Source of the DNA: Schmidtea polychroa
Taxonomy: Eukaryota
NCBI GenBank assembly: GCA_044892525.1
Contig: CM097886.1
Coordinates: forward strand, 35,898,001 to 35,962,000
Direction: 5' to 3'
Length of the DNA: 64,000 nt
This document shows positions 27,756-40,500 of the stretch, piece after piece. Position 1 is the stretch's first letter. The number at the start of each line of letters is the position of its first letter. The notes below the pieces were generated by a model. That model had not been told where the DNA came from. It ran no database searches and saw only the letters and a list, made by a program, of their open reading frames with translations. Both the position numbers and the translations under genes were made by a program.

Positions 27756-28218
27756 ATGTCTTTTAGGTCTGAAAAAGATCTTATGATCTGTGACATGGTG
27801 TGATGTTTGTAGGTGTTGTTAGATATGAGATGATATGATCATTATTTAGAGTAGAGTTACGTAATAGGTCTGGAAATGTCTTAACTCCGATTTGAACATC
27901 TAAGTAATTTGGATCAAGTGAGCCAAGATGAAAATCAGTATGTTGTGATTCTTTTTAACTTTCAGCATCAAGGTCACATTGATCAACCATATTCATGAAA
28001 TAATTGCTGAATGAATATCTAGGATACTGTCTTGGGATTAAGCGAGTCGGGCGAAGCCATGCGAGTTGTGTTGTGACAAGTTCACCAATAATTTCATCAT
28101 CTTTCTGTTTCGGCTTTTCTGAATTTAATTATATATATTAAAATCAAATTATCTATTTGATTTTTTAAAACTTCAAATTGTTATTCATTTTTATTATAAT
28201 TTTCTGAAATAAAATTTT

Positions 28219-28560
28219 ACAGATGCATACAATAAGTAATGGGGCGATTCTGTCGCAGATACAAGACGGTAGAGAGAATGTAATTGCTTATAGATCGAAA
28301 CCCATGACTAAAAGTCAACATGATATTGTATCACAAGAAAAGAACTCTTAGCAATTTATACATTCGTTTTAAAATATAGCATTATCCAATCGGTCAAAAA
28401 TTCACAGTGAGAACAGATCGCCGAATTTTAAAACGGATGTTGGACCTGACTAACCCAAATACTTCACGGTATTGTATGAGGATAGCCGAAATAGAAATAT
28501 TTTTTATCGAAAGTAGAGTTTCAAAAAGGAAATGATCATTGTAAGGCGGATGTATTATCA
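28219..28560 (+). pseudogene. Gypsy RNase H fragment
   Basis: TDA..GAILSQIQDGRENVIAY; ITRKELLAI; FTVRTD; KADVLS with frameshifts. Confidence 0.8.
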
Positions 28561-31078
28561 TACATCCCACCATATGAGCTATGTAGACTAAGACATAACG
28601 AACTAAAACGAAAAAGAACTGTGAATGTATTTGAAGAGACAATAACTATCATTGAAAAACAATTCGAAAGAATTATTTGTCTAACAATTCAGAATAGTAT
28701 ATCTGAAGTAGAACAAATTTTCGAATGGATAAATGAGGATTGAAAAGAGAAGACTAAAGGAAATTCAGAGCTATGAAAACAGGTAAACAAAAGGAAAGTT
28801 AGAGAAGAACAGCTTCTTATAAAGAAAGAAACAGGTATTATAAAAATAATTCTAGAAAGCCAAAGAAAAATAATTCATCTCAATTAATTAAATTTTCTTA
28901 ATATTTACAAAAACTTGCAAAAAATATTTTTGTTGATTTTGGTCTCAATTTTTACTTAATACTTTTTCATATTAAAGAGTTCTTTAATAGCTTTTGCAAA
29001 TTGAAATAATTAAAAAGAACTTATAATTTTGTTTTACTGTAGGATTTAGATGCTGTTGATGCTCTCTGACAGTCGCAAGTAGTTCTTTCATATTACAAAT
29101 AATTTGAATTGGACCTTTACCAATTCTAAACTTAATATCTAAACATCTTTGCCGATTATTAATTTGTAAGTAGTATTTCATAATAATAATGAAACTCGAA
29201 TAATTCATTGTATTAAAACAAAATTTGTATAAAAAAGTATAAATTCTTTATTTCTCATATTAATAGATGATAAATGTGAATATAAATTTAATATAAATTT
29301 GACAGCACATGAGTTGTAAAAAAAGTACAAAAAACTGATTTTGGGGTAAGTATCGAATAATTAATGCGTAATGGTTGATAGGGGAAAATCAATATCTGTA
29401 GATTATAGGGTGAAAAAACGAAAAACCTCACAGCCTCTATAAATCTCCAATGTTTTTTTTCCAGCGAGTATACCCATCCAGTGATTGTCAAGTTTTTAAA
29501 AATAATTCATTGACATCCTGAACGATTTATGAATGGTGCCTTCGCGTGTTTACCTTGAAATGCATTACGTTTAAACGACGCCATCACAAGTGGGCTATTA
29601 CGATTGATGTCGGGAATAGAATGAAAATTTATGCTAGTGATTAAAATCCGAGATAAGACACCATATAATTCACATTGCCGACAAGATTGTGAGCAGTAAA
29701 ATAGAACCTAAACACCGCACATCTCAAACGAGGAAGAAATAAATGAGAAAGATAGCAAATTTATTAATTAAAGTCTATGAGGATAATTAAAATATTAAGG
29801 CGATATTGGGCGCTAATTTCAAATGATCGTATATATTGATAATGCACGAGTTTATGGATGTCAATTTAATGATAAATTGTATTCTCTCCCCCACCCCCTC
29901 CTCAGATTCAAGACTTTTCCATTCTGATTGTTTCGTGTATGAAAACAGGTTGAATTAAAACTGATAATCTTATCTATACTTGATGATTTCAAATAATAAT
30001 TAACTGTAGAATAATAATTTTCATACCAGATTAATTAAAAGATTGAATTTAAGATTTTAATTTACTGAACTTCTTTTTAAATTGTATTTATTAATTTTTT
30101 CGAAAATTTTTCCAGTTTATGTCAAAGTCTCACTGAAAATATTGATCTTATATTTTCAGATGGAATTGATCCCTTTTCTTATTTCTTTTAGAATATTGAT
30201 CAATATTTTGTTTTAAATCTATCGAAAGTTTAAAAGGAAATTGGAAACATGTTCAATGGTGAAAATGATAAAAGAGATAACTTTTCCAAAAATGCGCTTG
30301 GTATATTTAAAAGATTTTTACAATAAATTATTCTACATTAAAATGAATCTTTAGTGCATTTAAAAATTGCCTTTTTATGAAATTCTATATCCATGGCTTT
30401 GTTTTTCTTCTAGTTTGGTTTTAACTAGGGTTGTTAAACGAAAATCGGAAATCCGATTTTCGATTTTGAAAACGATTATCGGTTTCTTTATTTCACAAAA
30501 CGATAATCGGTTTTGTTTGTCTTTTACATATTATACAGATAAATTGAATGCCGGGAATTTAATTTTGTTCATTGTTTACTACTGTATCCATTCAATTTTA
30601 CCGACAGAAAGGGGCAGTTTTTTTCAACTCGTCAAAACTCCTTACAATGTGTTTGTACATGAGTCAATCTTTTCAATTATCCCATTCCTGTAACAACGGC
30701 AAGAGGTTGCTCTAGTATTCCAACATATCTCACCGACTGACCAGTTATTTGTCAGTTGATGTCCGTAATCGGCAACCGCTGATTTGTTTTATACAGCCCC
30801 TGGCAGGTACTGTGCCCATTAAATCTTTTAATCGGGACCAGCTGAGGCCAAGGTTGTGGTTGTGTGTTTTAGTATTTGCATTTTGCCGGTTTTGTTTGGC
30901 AACCTGATATTTGTTGCCGAAATCGGCCACCAAAGATTTGATTACTGCAGTCCATAACAGAAGCTTAGCTATTAACCCCCTTGACAGGGACTAGATGTGG
31001 CCGAGGTCGGCGATTTTGTGTTTAGTCCGTGAAGGTCTATTTTGCAATCTGATATCTTGCATCTGCGAACCGGTTAAA

Positions 31079-31115
31079 AGTTTATTCTGGTTTTAACTTA
31101 AAACCAGAATAAACT
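31079..31115. repeat. Perfect 18-bp inverted repeat with 1-nt spacer
   Basis: AGTTTATTCTGGTTTTAA-C-TTAAAACCAGAATAAACT. Confidence 0.95.
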
Positions 31116-31564
31116 GAATTGCATACCGCATCATCTTCATGAAAGCCAGATGTAAAGAGATCGAAAGACATGTGAATTTCCTCGAATCATAATGTTTGGT
31201 TGTTTACCCATTGAAATATGGAAGAGAGTTGGACACTAGGACAAACTTCAAGTTTGGGTGACGACCATTCTCAAATTTATTCAGTTTGTTGATCTTTTGA
31301 CAATGTCTAAGAGGCTGCTCAGGTCGAAGTAAATTGATTTTCGGGATTTTAATTTATGACAAGATTTTGGAAAGTCCAATCCATGGTTCAAATCTACTAT
31401 AAACATATAAACTGTTATATAATTTCCATTCATTCAGTTAGTTGCTCTTGTAGTAGCTGTTATTAATCCATATAATTGAAAATTGCGGTTTAGTTTGAAT
31501 ATTACGTAATATTCAATAAACATTTTTTATATTATCTAAATCAATACAAAATCAGTTTAAATTT

Positions 31565-33364
31565 ATGGGTTTCCGTATAAATAAGTCTGACGTCTGGGAC
31601 AATTTTGATAAAATTTCGGCGACGATGGCACAATGTAAGCTCTGTGCACAGCAAATAAGTAGGAGTGGAGGTACTACGACTGGTTTGCATGCACATTTGC
31701 GTAGCAAACATGGTGGATTAACAACATCTTCAAATACTCAAACACGATTGACTGCATTGATTACAACACAAAGAAATTGTCCGAGTAGTAAACAGGAAAA
31801 AATTACGGCTGCTGTTGCGAGATTGATTTCCGAAAATATGTTGGCAATTTCGCTCGTGGAATCGAAATCCTTCCGTGAATTGATGGCGATAGTGGAGCCA
31901 GGATATCGTCCTCCGTGTCGTCAGACGATGACAGCACGACTAACAGCAATGCAAAATAATTTAGTGGTCAAAATGTCGAAATATATCCATGAAAATGTCA
32001 AGGACATTGCGATCACTACCGACATCTGGACTAGTGTCACCAATGAAGCTTATCTCAGTTTTACTGCAAGCTACATTGATACAGACTGGAATATGATGAC
32101 GCCTGTTCTTGGAACAATTCTGATGACTCAACGCCACACACAAGCCGTCATTGCTGACCATCTATGTAGTATAGCTGATGAATGGTCAATAAAAGAAAAA
32201 ATTGTTGCATGTGTCCATGATGGTGCATCCAACATCAATCATGCAGGCAATCTCAATGGATGGTTTGACGTTCACTGTGCGGCGCATAAATTGCAACTTT
32301 GCATCAATAATGCAATGGGCTCCCATGTTGTCACGGATCATCAAATTTCCAAATGTATATCAGCTGCAGCACGACTAGTCGGACATTTCTCACATAGCCC
32401 AATGGCAACGGGGGAGCTCCTGAAAAGACAGTTGTCCATGGACAAGGATAAAACGCCACTAAAACTTATTCAGCACTGTAAGACTCGTTGGAACAGCGTC
32501 TATGACATGTTTGAACGACTAGTAGAACTGAGATGGCCAGTAGTTGCAGTATTGAGCGACAAAAACGTGGTGAAATTGAACGATGCCAAAACGCTGGACA
32601 TGAAGGACGATTATTGGCAACTGATGACTGAATTGCTCCCTGTTTTAAAAGCGTTGCAGATCGTGACGTCCGTCATGTCAGCCGAAAGCCAGCCATCAGC
32701 CTCTTGTGTTTTTCCCATGTTATGGGGACTCGTGAAAAATCATTTAACCATTAAAGAAGAAGATTCTGACATTATGGGTGAATTTAAGAGAGATCTTGCT
32801 AAGAATATTTCACGTCGTTTTGGATTAGAAAATAATGAAACAGCAAAAAACGAATGCGTTGTTGCATCAATTCTCGATCCGATGTATAAGCATCTTCCTG
32901 GATTTCCGGACGATTTCAAAAAGCTGGCGTATGAAAATGTCCGTCATCTCATCAGACAGCTGCCAGATTGCCCCGAACAGCCGAAGACGAGTCGGGATGA
33001 AGATAACATGATCCCACCAACTAAAAGATCACGACCAAATCATGATGCAGTTATGTTTCTCCTTGGTGATAGTGCAGCACAACAGGCGCCAGAGGAATCC
33101 GACTTTGAATATTACGTCAAATCATCATGGTCGACAAACTCAAGTGAAACAGCCCTGGAGTGGTGGAAACATAATATGAAACTTTTCCCCAAAACAGCTA
33201 TTCTTACCCGGAAGTTCTTATGCATTCCTGCAACCTCAGTGCAATCGGAACGATTATTTTCGGCCACTGGACGTCTGATAACCAAGCTTCGTAACCGGCT
33301 CCTTCCAGATCATGCAGAATCTTTGGTCTTTTTGAATATGAACCAGGACTTGTCTGATATTTAA
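31565..33364 (+). CDS. hAT transposase, 599 aa, apparently intact
   Basis: BED finger; TTDIWTS, HDGASN, CAAH, TRWNS, SVQSERLFS; dimerization domain. Confidence 0.95.
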   Translation: MGFRINKSDVWDNFDKISATMAQCKLCAQQISRSGGTTTGLHAHLRSKHGGLTTSSNTQTRLTALITTQRNCPSSKQEKITAAVARLISENMLAISLVESKSFRELMAIVEPGYRPPCRQTMTARLTAMQNNLVVKMSKYIHENVKDIAITTDIWTSVTNEAYLSFTASYIDTDWNMMTPVLGTILMTQRHTQAVIADHLCSIADEWSIKEKIVACVHDGASNINHAGNLNGWFDVHCAAHKLQLCINNAMGSHVVTDHQISKCISAAARLVGHFSHSPMATGELLKRQLSMDKDKTPLKLIQHCKTRWNSVYDMFERLVELRWPVVAVLSDKNVVKLNDAKTLDMKDDYWQLMTELLPVLKALQIVTSVMSAESQPSASCVFPMLWGLVKNHLTIKEEDSDIMGEFKRDLAKNISRRFGLENNETAKNECVVASILDPMYKHLPGFPDDFKKLAYENVRHLIRQLPDCPEQPKTSRDEDNMIPPTKRSRPNHDAVMFLLGDSAAQQAPEESDFEYYVKSSWSTNSSETALEWWKHNMKLFPKTAILTRKFLCIPATSVQSERLFSATGRLITKLRNRLLPDHAESLVFLNMNQDLSDI

Positions 33365-36190
33365 AAATAAAATCGAATTTAGTACTTACTTTTAAATGTT
33401 TACACTTTGGAATCTTTGTTTTTGATATCTATGGTTTCGATATGTTTATGTTTAATTTTAAAATAAGGCCGCCGCAGCACCGGAAAGTTTTATTTTGATT
33501 TATACTTTAGTATATACAGGGAAAATTACCGAAGAAATTGAAAACAAATTTACTTATATGCTTTAACTTTTTGCATAAACAGTCAGTTCATATTCTCCTT
33601 GTGTGTGGTATAAACTTTGAATAAAACTAATTATACTATACACGTGCGTGAATAGTAATAATGTAAGTAGCTTTGGTTATGCAAAGTGCAAACGATAATC
33701 GGTTTAAAATCGGATTTATACAAACGATAATCGGATTGCTCGAAAAACCGATATTAACAACCCTAGTTTTAACCTTCTCAAGAGTTGTGAAACAATCATT
33801 GCATTTATATAATATAATATGCCACGAAGAGAAAAAGCAAAAGCAAATAAAAATACATTTTGAACAGCCTACAGTTTTCGCAAAGGCTGAAATAATACAA
33901 TTTATCATCTGTTGGAATTCGAGCTGTGATAATCATAGAGAAAGACAAGTCACATGCATGACGTTTGAACGTACTTTTATTAAATAAGGACATACGTATG
34001 AAGGCTTAGTTTCACTCGCGAGTTTGAAAACATTCATCGCTGATAAAATATAATTTATTTTTATTTTTATGCACTTTATGTAAGTATATATGCTTTCAAC
34101 ATTTTCTGATCCATAATTTTTATTTCTGTGATCATTTTGATGACGTTTGTAAATTTAAAGATGAATATCTTACTGAAAGTTCTACTTTAATACAATGGGA
34201 GACATTTGTTGTAAATCAATTAGCAGTCAAAAATCACTTTTTTTAGATTTTTTCGAATCATTTGTCGTTTTTAATGGTGATCTTTTAATCATAGCAACTA
34301 TTTTCCTAACTTTTTAATGACCGGTTCAATCATTACATTGCTGATGGTTATATCAAATGTTTCCTCATTTAAAATATTGTCGACTGCAAAATAATATTCG
34401 TCATCTTCACAATCTTTGTCGCTAGACCAGTAATTATTTGTTTATTTGTCGTTATTTTCATATTTCTCACGTCATTTGTTTTCATTTTCAAATTCAACTA
34501 ATTCCAAATGGATAGATGGTGCTTTATAGAACCAAAACTACGGCTAGATGTATGGTATTTTGATCAAAACAATAATTGTTGATCTGTGGATAAAATCTTT
34601 CCAACTTTATTTATCACACTTGTTCCATCGATCATCAAAGCCGGATGGAGTTTGTGGGCGGCCCTGGGCCCAATTGACATTACTGTTATCAAGATTAAAT
34701 TTAAACAATGAAAGTCTTTCCTTGATTAGTAAATTTTCAGTTTTCATTTTTTTTCATATTTTAAACTTAACATTTTTAAGATTAAAGTTCTGAAAATATA
34801 TCTACTTATAGTTAAATTCTCTAGTTGTTTGTAATACTGCTTAATTTTTGTATAATTTTTCAAGGAATTCATAATTTTTATATTTTAAAAATTCTTCATT
34901 TTTATTCATTTTCAGTTTAGAATTATTGTAATCCCGAAATCTCGGGAATAATTTAGTAATTTAGATTGTAAATTAGGATTGTAAACCCGAATGTCTTATC
35001 AATAAGTGTTATGTATAAAAATTATTTAAAAATATTATTTTTAATATTTTATATATTTAAAATATATATTGAGACAAATTTATTACAATAATTCTGTTTT
35101 GTTTTAAAAATTAGATTAAGAAGCAAGTTTTTCAAATTGTGTATTAAATGAATATTTGGAATTTAAATGATTTCTTCAGATGTAACTGGTGACCACTCCA
35201 AATTGTATTGACCACGCAATTAGTATTGTTACGAGAAGCAAAACTCTCATTAACTTCCCAAAAAAACGATATAGGAGTTTCTGGATTTCAATATATGACG
35301 TTTCTATGGTAAGTCACACAGAAACCAAAATATGGTTAGGTGAAGGCTGTTAGGTGGAAATCAATAGCTAATAACTGTTCGATTTATTGCTGGTTGATGA
35401 AACAGAGACTGTGGAAAGAAACAAAACTAATACATAACAAAGGAATGATAGATAACATTCATGGTCAAGAAGTCGATATCCAAGAACTCAGTATGACTAA
35501 ATAAGGAAAACATGAAAGATTTATAGTATTCGAAATCAGGGTACAGAAACTGTTTACTGATGTTTATGACTCGGGCATATCAAAAGAAGATATTATCACG
35601 AAAGGAATTCACAATGATCGTATTAATTAAGTATTAACTACAAAACTAGAAATGTAAATAGAAGAAACAAGAATCTGGATAGAGAAATGAAAGACACGAG
35701 AGATATAAAGGGTAATGAAAGAATCTATGCATATTTATGTGTAACGGGCTAAAGAGAAGATAATAAAAGAATGAAAAACCAACAGAATGTGTAGACAAAA
35801 GAGAATTCCAAAATAGTAGCAATATGTAGATCGGCGAAATTATCCAGATATTATACCATTCAAAAAGAGCCAACCTACAGTTGGGGTTTAAACCCATCGA
35901 AGAAAGAAAAATATTACCAGAACAATGTTTTTGTTGTGGTGAAAAAGGACATTTGAATGTCCTCTAAAGAATAAATGTCTCATCTGTGGGAAGGAAGTAC
36001 ATTCTATTTAATGAAAGCAAAACAATAGAAATTTTCGAAGGATAGCCTGATTTCATGAGAAAGCAGGAAATAAAGAAGACAAAAATGCGGCTATAAATGA
36101 GGTCGAATATGAAGACTTTTGGTGGGTTACTGGTGGTTGAATGTTCAAGTGCTGTTACCAGCGTAACCCAGATTACAACATTGTTTTCCA

Positions 36191-36325
36191 CTTGGTACCC
36201 GTTGAGTAATCAACGTTGGTACTGTACCAAGGGGTTGAGTACTCGCAAAAATTGAGTGCGTTAGGAGCACTATAATTGTCGAGCACTCTATGGGTTCACG
36301 GACGGCCGATAGAAGGCATGTGTCC
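36191..36325 (-). ncRNA. Conserved structured RNA (copy C)
   Basis: CTTGGTAC-AGTACCAA-CGTTGA-TTAC-TCAACG-G-GTACCAAG; upstream GGAC-ACAT-GCC-TTCTATC-GGC-C-GTCC. Confidence 0.8.
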
Positions 36326-36503
36326 GATTTATTTCGGTCCCTCATCGCGATTGTTTTCCCAAACGCTTTTCTGTCGACCGTCTTGTCCTGGACAATCACA
36401 AAGTTTAATCACATATCCATCAGACAATGAAAATCATTTATTTAAACACTACAATATTACAATGTCGGTTTTACCCAGGAGGGGTCGCACTCTCAAACAT
36501 TCC

Positions 36504-36809
36504 TCAGGATCGTGGAGTGGCTTCCGGCCCTTTCGATTTTTCTTGCTCGGCCAGCCAGGCCCTTTTCAATTTTTCTCGTGTATTCCGCCCTAGCCGTTTA
36601 CGTTTCGGCTTGCTTGCCTGGGCTGGTGGGTATATCTTGGCCAGCTCCACAGGAAGAGGGCGAATCTGTTCTCGGAGAGCGTCCTGGATGAACCTTTCGT
36701 TCAGTTTGCTCTCGAGCGAGCGCACTTGTAGCTTCAGCGCTCGGATTTCGAGTTGATCCTGCTCCGCCTGGGTCTGGAGTTGTGAGATGTGTGTTGTTCG
36801 TTTCTTCAT
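36504..36809 (-). CDS. LTR-encoded ORF-b homolog (101 aa, coiled coil + NLS)
   Basis: ASKPKRKRLGR matches A's SSKPKRKQLSR; start trimmed to MKKRTT (track 36504-37079). Confidence 0.65.
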   Translation of the reverse strand: MKKRTTHISQLQTQAEQDQLEIRALKLQVRSLESKLNERFIQDALREQIRPLPVELAKIYPPAQASKPKRKRLGRNTREKLKRAWLAEQEKSKGPEATPRS

Positions 36810-37136
36810 CTTACCTTGCGTAGATTTTCGAGTAATTGGTACACTGAATGAAGATAATAATAAAATCCCATAGCTAGCTTCCAGGTGCGTAAAGGTGATT
36901 CGATTAATTGCATAAAAATAATAGATGAAGACACCCCCTAAGTTATAAGGCTCAAATGTAATAACAAAAGATAATTCATTATATGATGAAGGCACACGAC
37001 AACTATAATATAAAAATTTTAATAAAGAAAAAAGTCTACAATTCGTCATACTAACTACTAATGAGGTCAAACGCAACACAATATCACTAAATCAGATTAG
37101 TCAAATAGTTTTGTTCAAGTTACCACTTCCGACGAG

Positions 37137-37502
37137 TTAGGCAGGGTTCTTACGGGGCCTCCCTCGTTTTCTTGGAGGAGCATCCATCTCTTCTAATTCT
37201 TCGAGGGTCACTCCCTCTGCCTCGGCTCTGAGCTGGAGCTCGAGTCTCTTCAGTCGCATCTGGGCAACTTCTACCTCGACAGCCGCTCGATCGCGGGCTT
37301 CTCGTAACAAATTGTTTGTGGGCTCTGCTTTCACCCACGCCGGGGCATCGGGCTCTGGGCCGCTTCGGATGACCGAACCATAATTATCTAGGTCCAACCC
37401 CCGGTTCCAATCATGAATCCGGTACCAGATGTACCGGGTCCGGAGCCGCGTGATCATTTGTCTGTAGGCTTCATCATCGTTGGAGTCGTCAGAGTGAGAC
37501 AT
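37137..37502 (-). CDS. LTR-encoded 121-aa protein with coiled coil and C-terminal AT-hook/NLS
   Basis: GC-rich open frame in AT-rich context; PPRKRGRPRK; ATG preceded by TTAG. Confidence 0.65.
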   Translation of the reverse strand: MSHSDDSNDDEAYRQMITRLRTRYIWYRIHDWNRGLDLDNYGSVIRSGPEPDAPAWVKAEPTNNLLREARDRAAVEVEVAQMRLKRLELQLRAEAEGVTLEELEEMDAPPRKRGRPRKNPA

Positions 37503-40500
37503 ATCTAATTGGGTAATACCGGTCATAAGGTTAACACAATCCAAAAGAAAATGTTTATCTCTATTTGAATACTCTCGGCCTAATATACAATTGCACAAAG
37601 GGAAATTCTTTAAAAATGTCAACTAAACTCTAAATATTCATGATTTTAATTGGGTTAAATTAAATTACACTTAAATGATAAACTCAACTTTTCTTAAGTT
37701 AAAATTCTAGTCTATGCTATGCTTTAAATTAACCTAAACGGGATTACACAATTAACCACCTTAACTGATTACCCTTAGCCTATTTTACGGTGTTTTATCG
37801 TATTAAATTTGAAGGTCAAATTTAAAATAAACTATAATAATTTTAAATATTAAATTTTTAAATAAAATTAGCTACAATGATGTTACCTATTAGAATTTTA
37901 AATAAATTTGGTTCTTTTAAGTATTAGATTCCTAGACGCAACCCATTATGGTTTGTAACTCATCTGGATCATCTGAAGTAAGATAAACCGAAATTTTAAT
38001 TTAATAAATTTGTAAGGTTCAGGAATTATCCGCAGTTGTCAATCCTATTGACCATACACGTTGACTAGCAATGAGAGGTGATAACCTGAGTACGCAAGAT
38101 TCTAGTTCACAATAAACTTATCTTGGCTATCCTTTTTCAACTTCGGTTTTATAAAATAAATGTTAAACCTTACTTTTTCTTTTAATTTGATGGGACATTA
38201 GTTTTAATTAAATGGTTTTGAAGCATCTTATAACTTCGGTTTACAATCTAGAGGTCGTGTGCGCTTCTCCATTGTATCTGACCCTATACTCTATATTTCG
38301 GCGTATGGAATATGCATACCTTAGCTATTCATGCACACTCCACAGTATATTTTATACCTTTGGCTCTGATAATTATATACGAAATACAGAACTATAGTCT
38401 AGATTTTGGTCCTTTGTCGATTAGATATCTATTTGAAATATGAAGTCAGGGTTGCTAATTTGGGTGTTTATAAATTCTATGTCCCAGTAGAGTGCAAACT
38501 TCGGTTTATAATTTATAAGTTCTATATAACATACAATAATTGTAAGATAACTGAAACAATTAATCAATTTCTTGTTCATTTAATCAAGGATGCAAGAATG
38601 TACAAATACGTCACCGAGTGATTCACAGCGTATTTTGCATCAAATATCTGATTGGTCTACTGATCATCTAACATGATTACACGTTACCAAAAATAGATTT
38701 CTTAACATGCGTATTATATAAATCGTTTGGTTCCTTAGTAAGTATAATTTTGTATAATTCATAAACTGTAACTTATAATGATTAAATAGGTTCGTCGTGA
38801 TGCTTCCGGAAACGTTTTTATAGATATTTTTGATTCAGAAAAATTTGGTTATCAGAACTTTCGAGATCGTAAGAATGCAATACCAAATATAACATTTGGA
38901 ATGTCAGCTGATTTATTGAATTCTCTATGGATTTATAAAACCGACTCGATTCAGGCTATTCGTCGGATTTGGAAAGCGACCTCACCAATGCAATTGGAAG
39001 TAACGAAGAATGACATCGCAATTATTTAGCTACAGTTACCGATGTTCATATTGAATGCTTTTATATATACAAGTGATTTCAATGATAATTACTATTTTTT
39101 ATTAATTTTTCCATGTAAATAAAGCATTTTTATGGTAAATTTCTATTCGAGTTATTTGCAAATAATTATTTGGGTTTACATTGTAATATGGGTATATACT
39201 TTTTGGGCATGAGCGTATTTTGTTAATTGTTCTACACAAGGATTTTTAATAAGTGGAATGAAGTTTCTTTTTAATTAGGATATTAATAAAAATAAAAATT
39301 ATAATCAAAAGGTATTTAGAGGAATTATAAGTAAATAAACCCAATTTATCATCTGGCAATTTGAATAATTATTATAATTAAGAGTCAAATAAGATTAAGT
39401 TTCTGGTTTATACGTTTCCTAAATTATATGTAAAAATCATAACATCAGAGTTTATACTTAAGCATTTCGGGATTATACATCCAATTGAAATATCAAATTA
39501 AAGTTATACTTTGGGTATTCAGTCAATTTATAGTTCATAATAAATTACATATTTAAGTAAATGTATAATACTACGTTATAATTTAGATATTTATAAATTA
39601 TCGATGGAGTTAATAGAAATTATCGTTATACTTTTTGACACTCGTAAATTATGTTTTTATATAACAACTCTAGTTTCCAATTTAGGCGGTTGTGTATTTA
39701 GTTAGCTTATAAAATTCCATCGTACATTTATACATTATATTTTAAAAATGGATTTCATAATTTAATAAAGTGGTATTTTATCATTTGATACTATTATATG
39801 AAATACCTTATATTTTTAATGGTGATGCAGAGCTATATTTTCCAATTCAATATTTATAGAGTATAATTTAGGTATAACCTAAAATTATATTTATTCTTTA
39901 GTATCATATTATCCTCATACATTATATTTTAAATAAGACATAAAGTAATGTTTTATAAGGTAACGTTTAATAATTATATTTTAGGTACAATATAAATTTA
40001 TATTTTATAATTTAATATTTAAATTCAAAAAAAAAAGTTTTTAAGTTATTTTTCATGATTTATGAATATTCCACAATTATAAATTACATATTTAAGCCCA
40101 TTACTAAGACATAGTTTATGATTTAAGGGTAATACGTATTTACAGGTCATAACTTTGAATACAAATTTTGGTTATAGTTTACGATTCAGGGATCCTATAT
40201 AATAGTATATATAGTATATATTAACAATCTTTATCCTTAAGGGCAATATATGTTACTTTCAGACCTGTTATTCAGAAATAATGAATTCTATTTTGTGAAT
40301 TAAGAAGGTTATACATCCAGATAAATGATTGAGTATTTTCATTTTATTATTTACGCTTGTCGAACTTCTTTACGAGGATTATTAAGTTTACTTCTGAGAA
40401 AAATTTTATACTAACATTAAGAATTATATATATCAATGAGGTTCGACAAACGTGTAAGTGTAGCTGAGTTCCTTAATGATGCCCAACCGACTGCATTACT

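Larger units (their letters stand above)
21612..28120 (-). pseudogene. Decayed non-LTR retrotransposon with restriction-like endonuclease (R2/R4/NeSL-type), fragmented by insertions
   Basis: Minus strand: LRPDLII..ILDI*VPYD and LVVGTLGSW (21620-21900); CRLCNKEPDTEALIFNHC (24975-25035); RT-like NPTDY..ITISMI and LDFDSI (26500-26720); many stops and frameshifts. Confidence 0.75.
30426..33765 (+). mobile_element. Intact hAT (Ac/Tam3/ZBED1-like) DNA transposon, 3340 bp
   Basis: Perfect 12-bp TIR TAGGGTTGTTAA; perfect 8-bp TSD GTTTTAAC (30418-30425 / 33766-33773); subterminal AACGAT(A/T)ATCGG repeats at both ends. Confidence 0.95.

Noticed and set aside
29940-30350. Possible host exon(s) (ttttcag|ATG..., ...TTG|gtatat)
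   Set aside because: Stops in all frames over the plausible span; no recognisable domain
33800-35100. Coding-like minus-strand stretch
   Set aside because: Multiple stops and no motif I can assign; left unclassified
36325-36350. Hammerhead-like GATGAG...CGAAA in LTR C
   Set aside because: Lacks the CUGAUGA core and a viable stem II; not present in A or B
39300-40200. Recurrent TTATATTTT motifs suggesting a satellite
   Set aside because: No constant period; consistent with low-complexity AT-rich DNA
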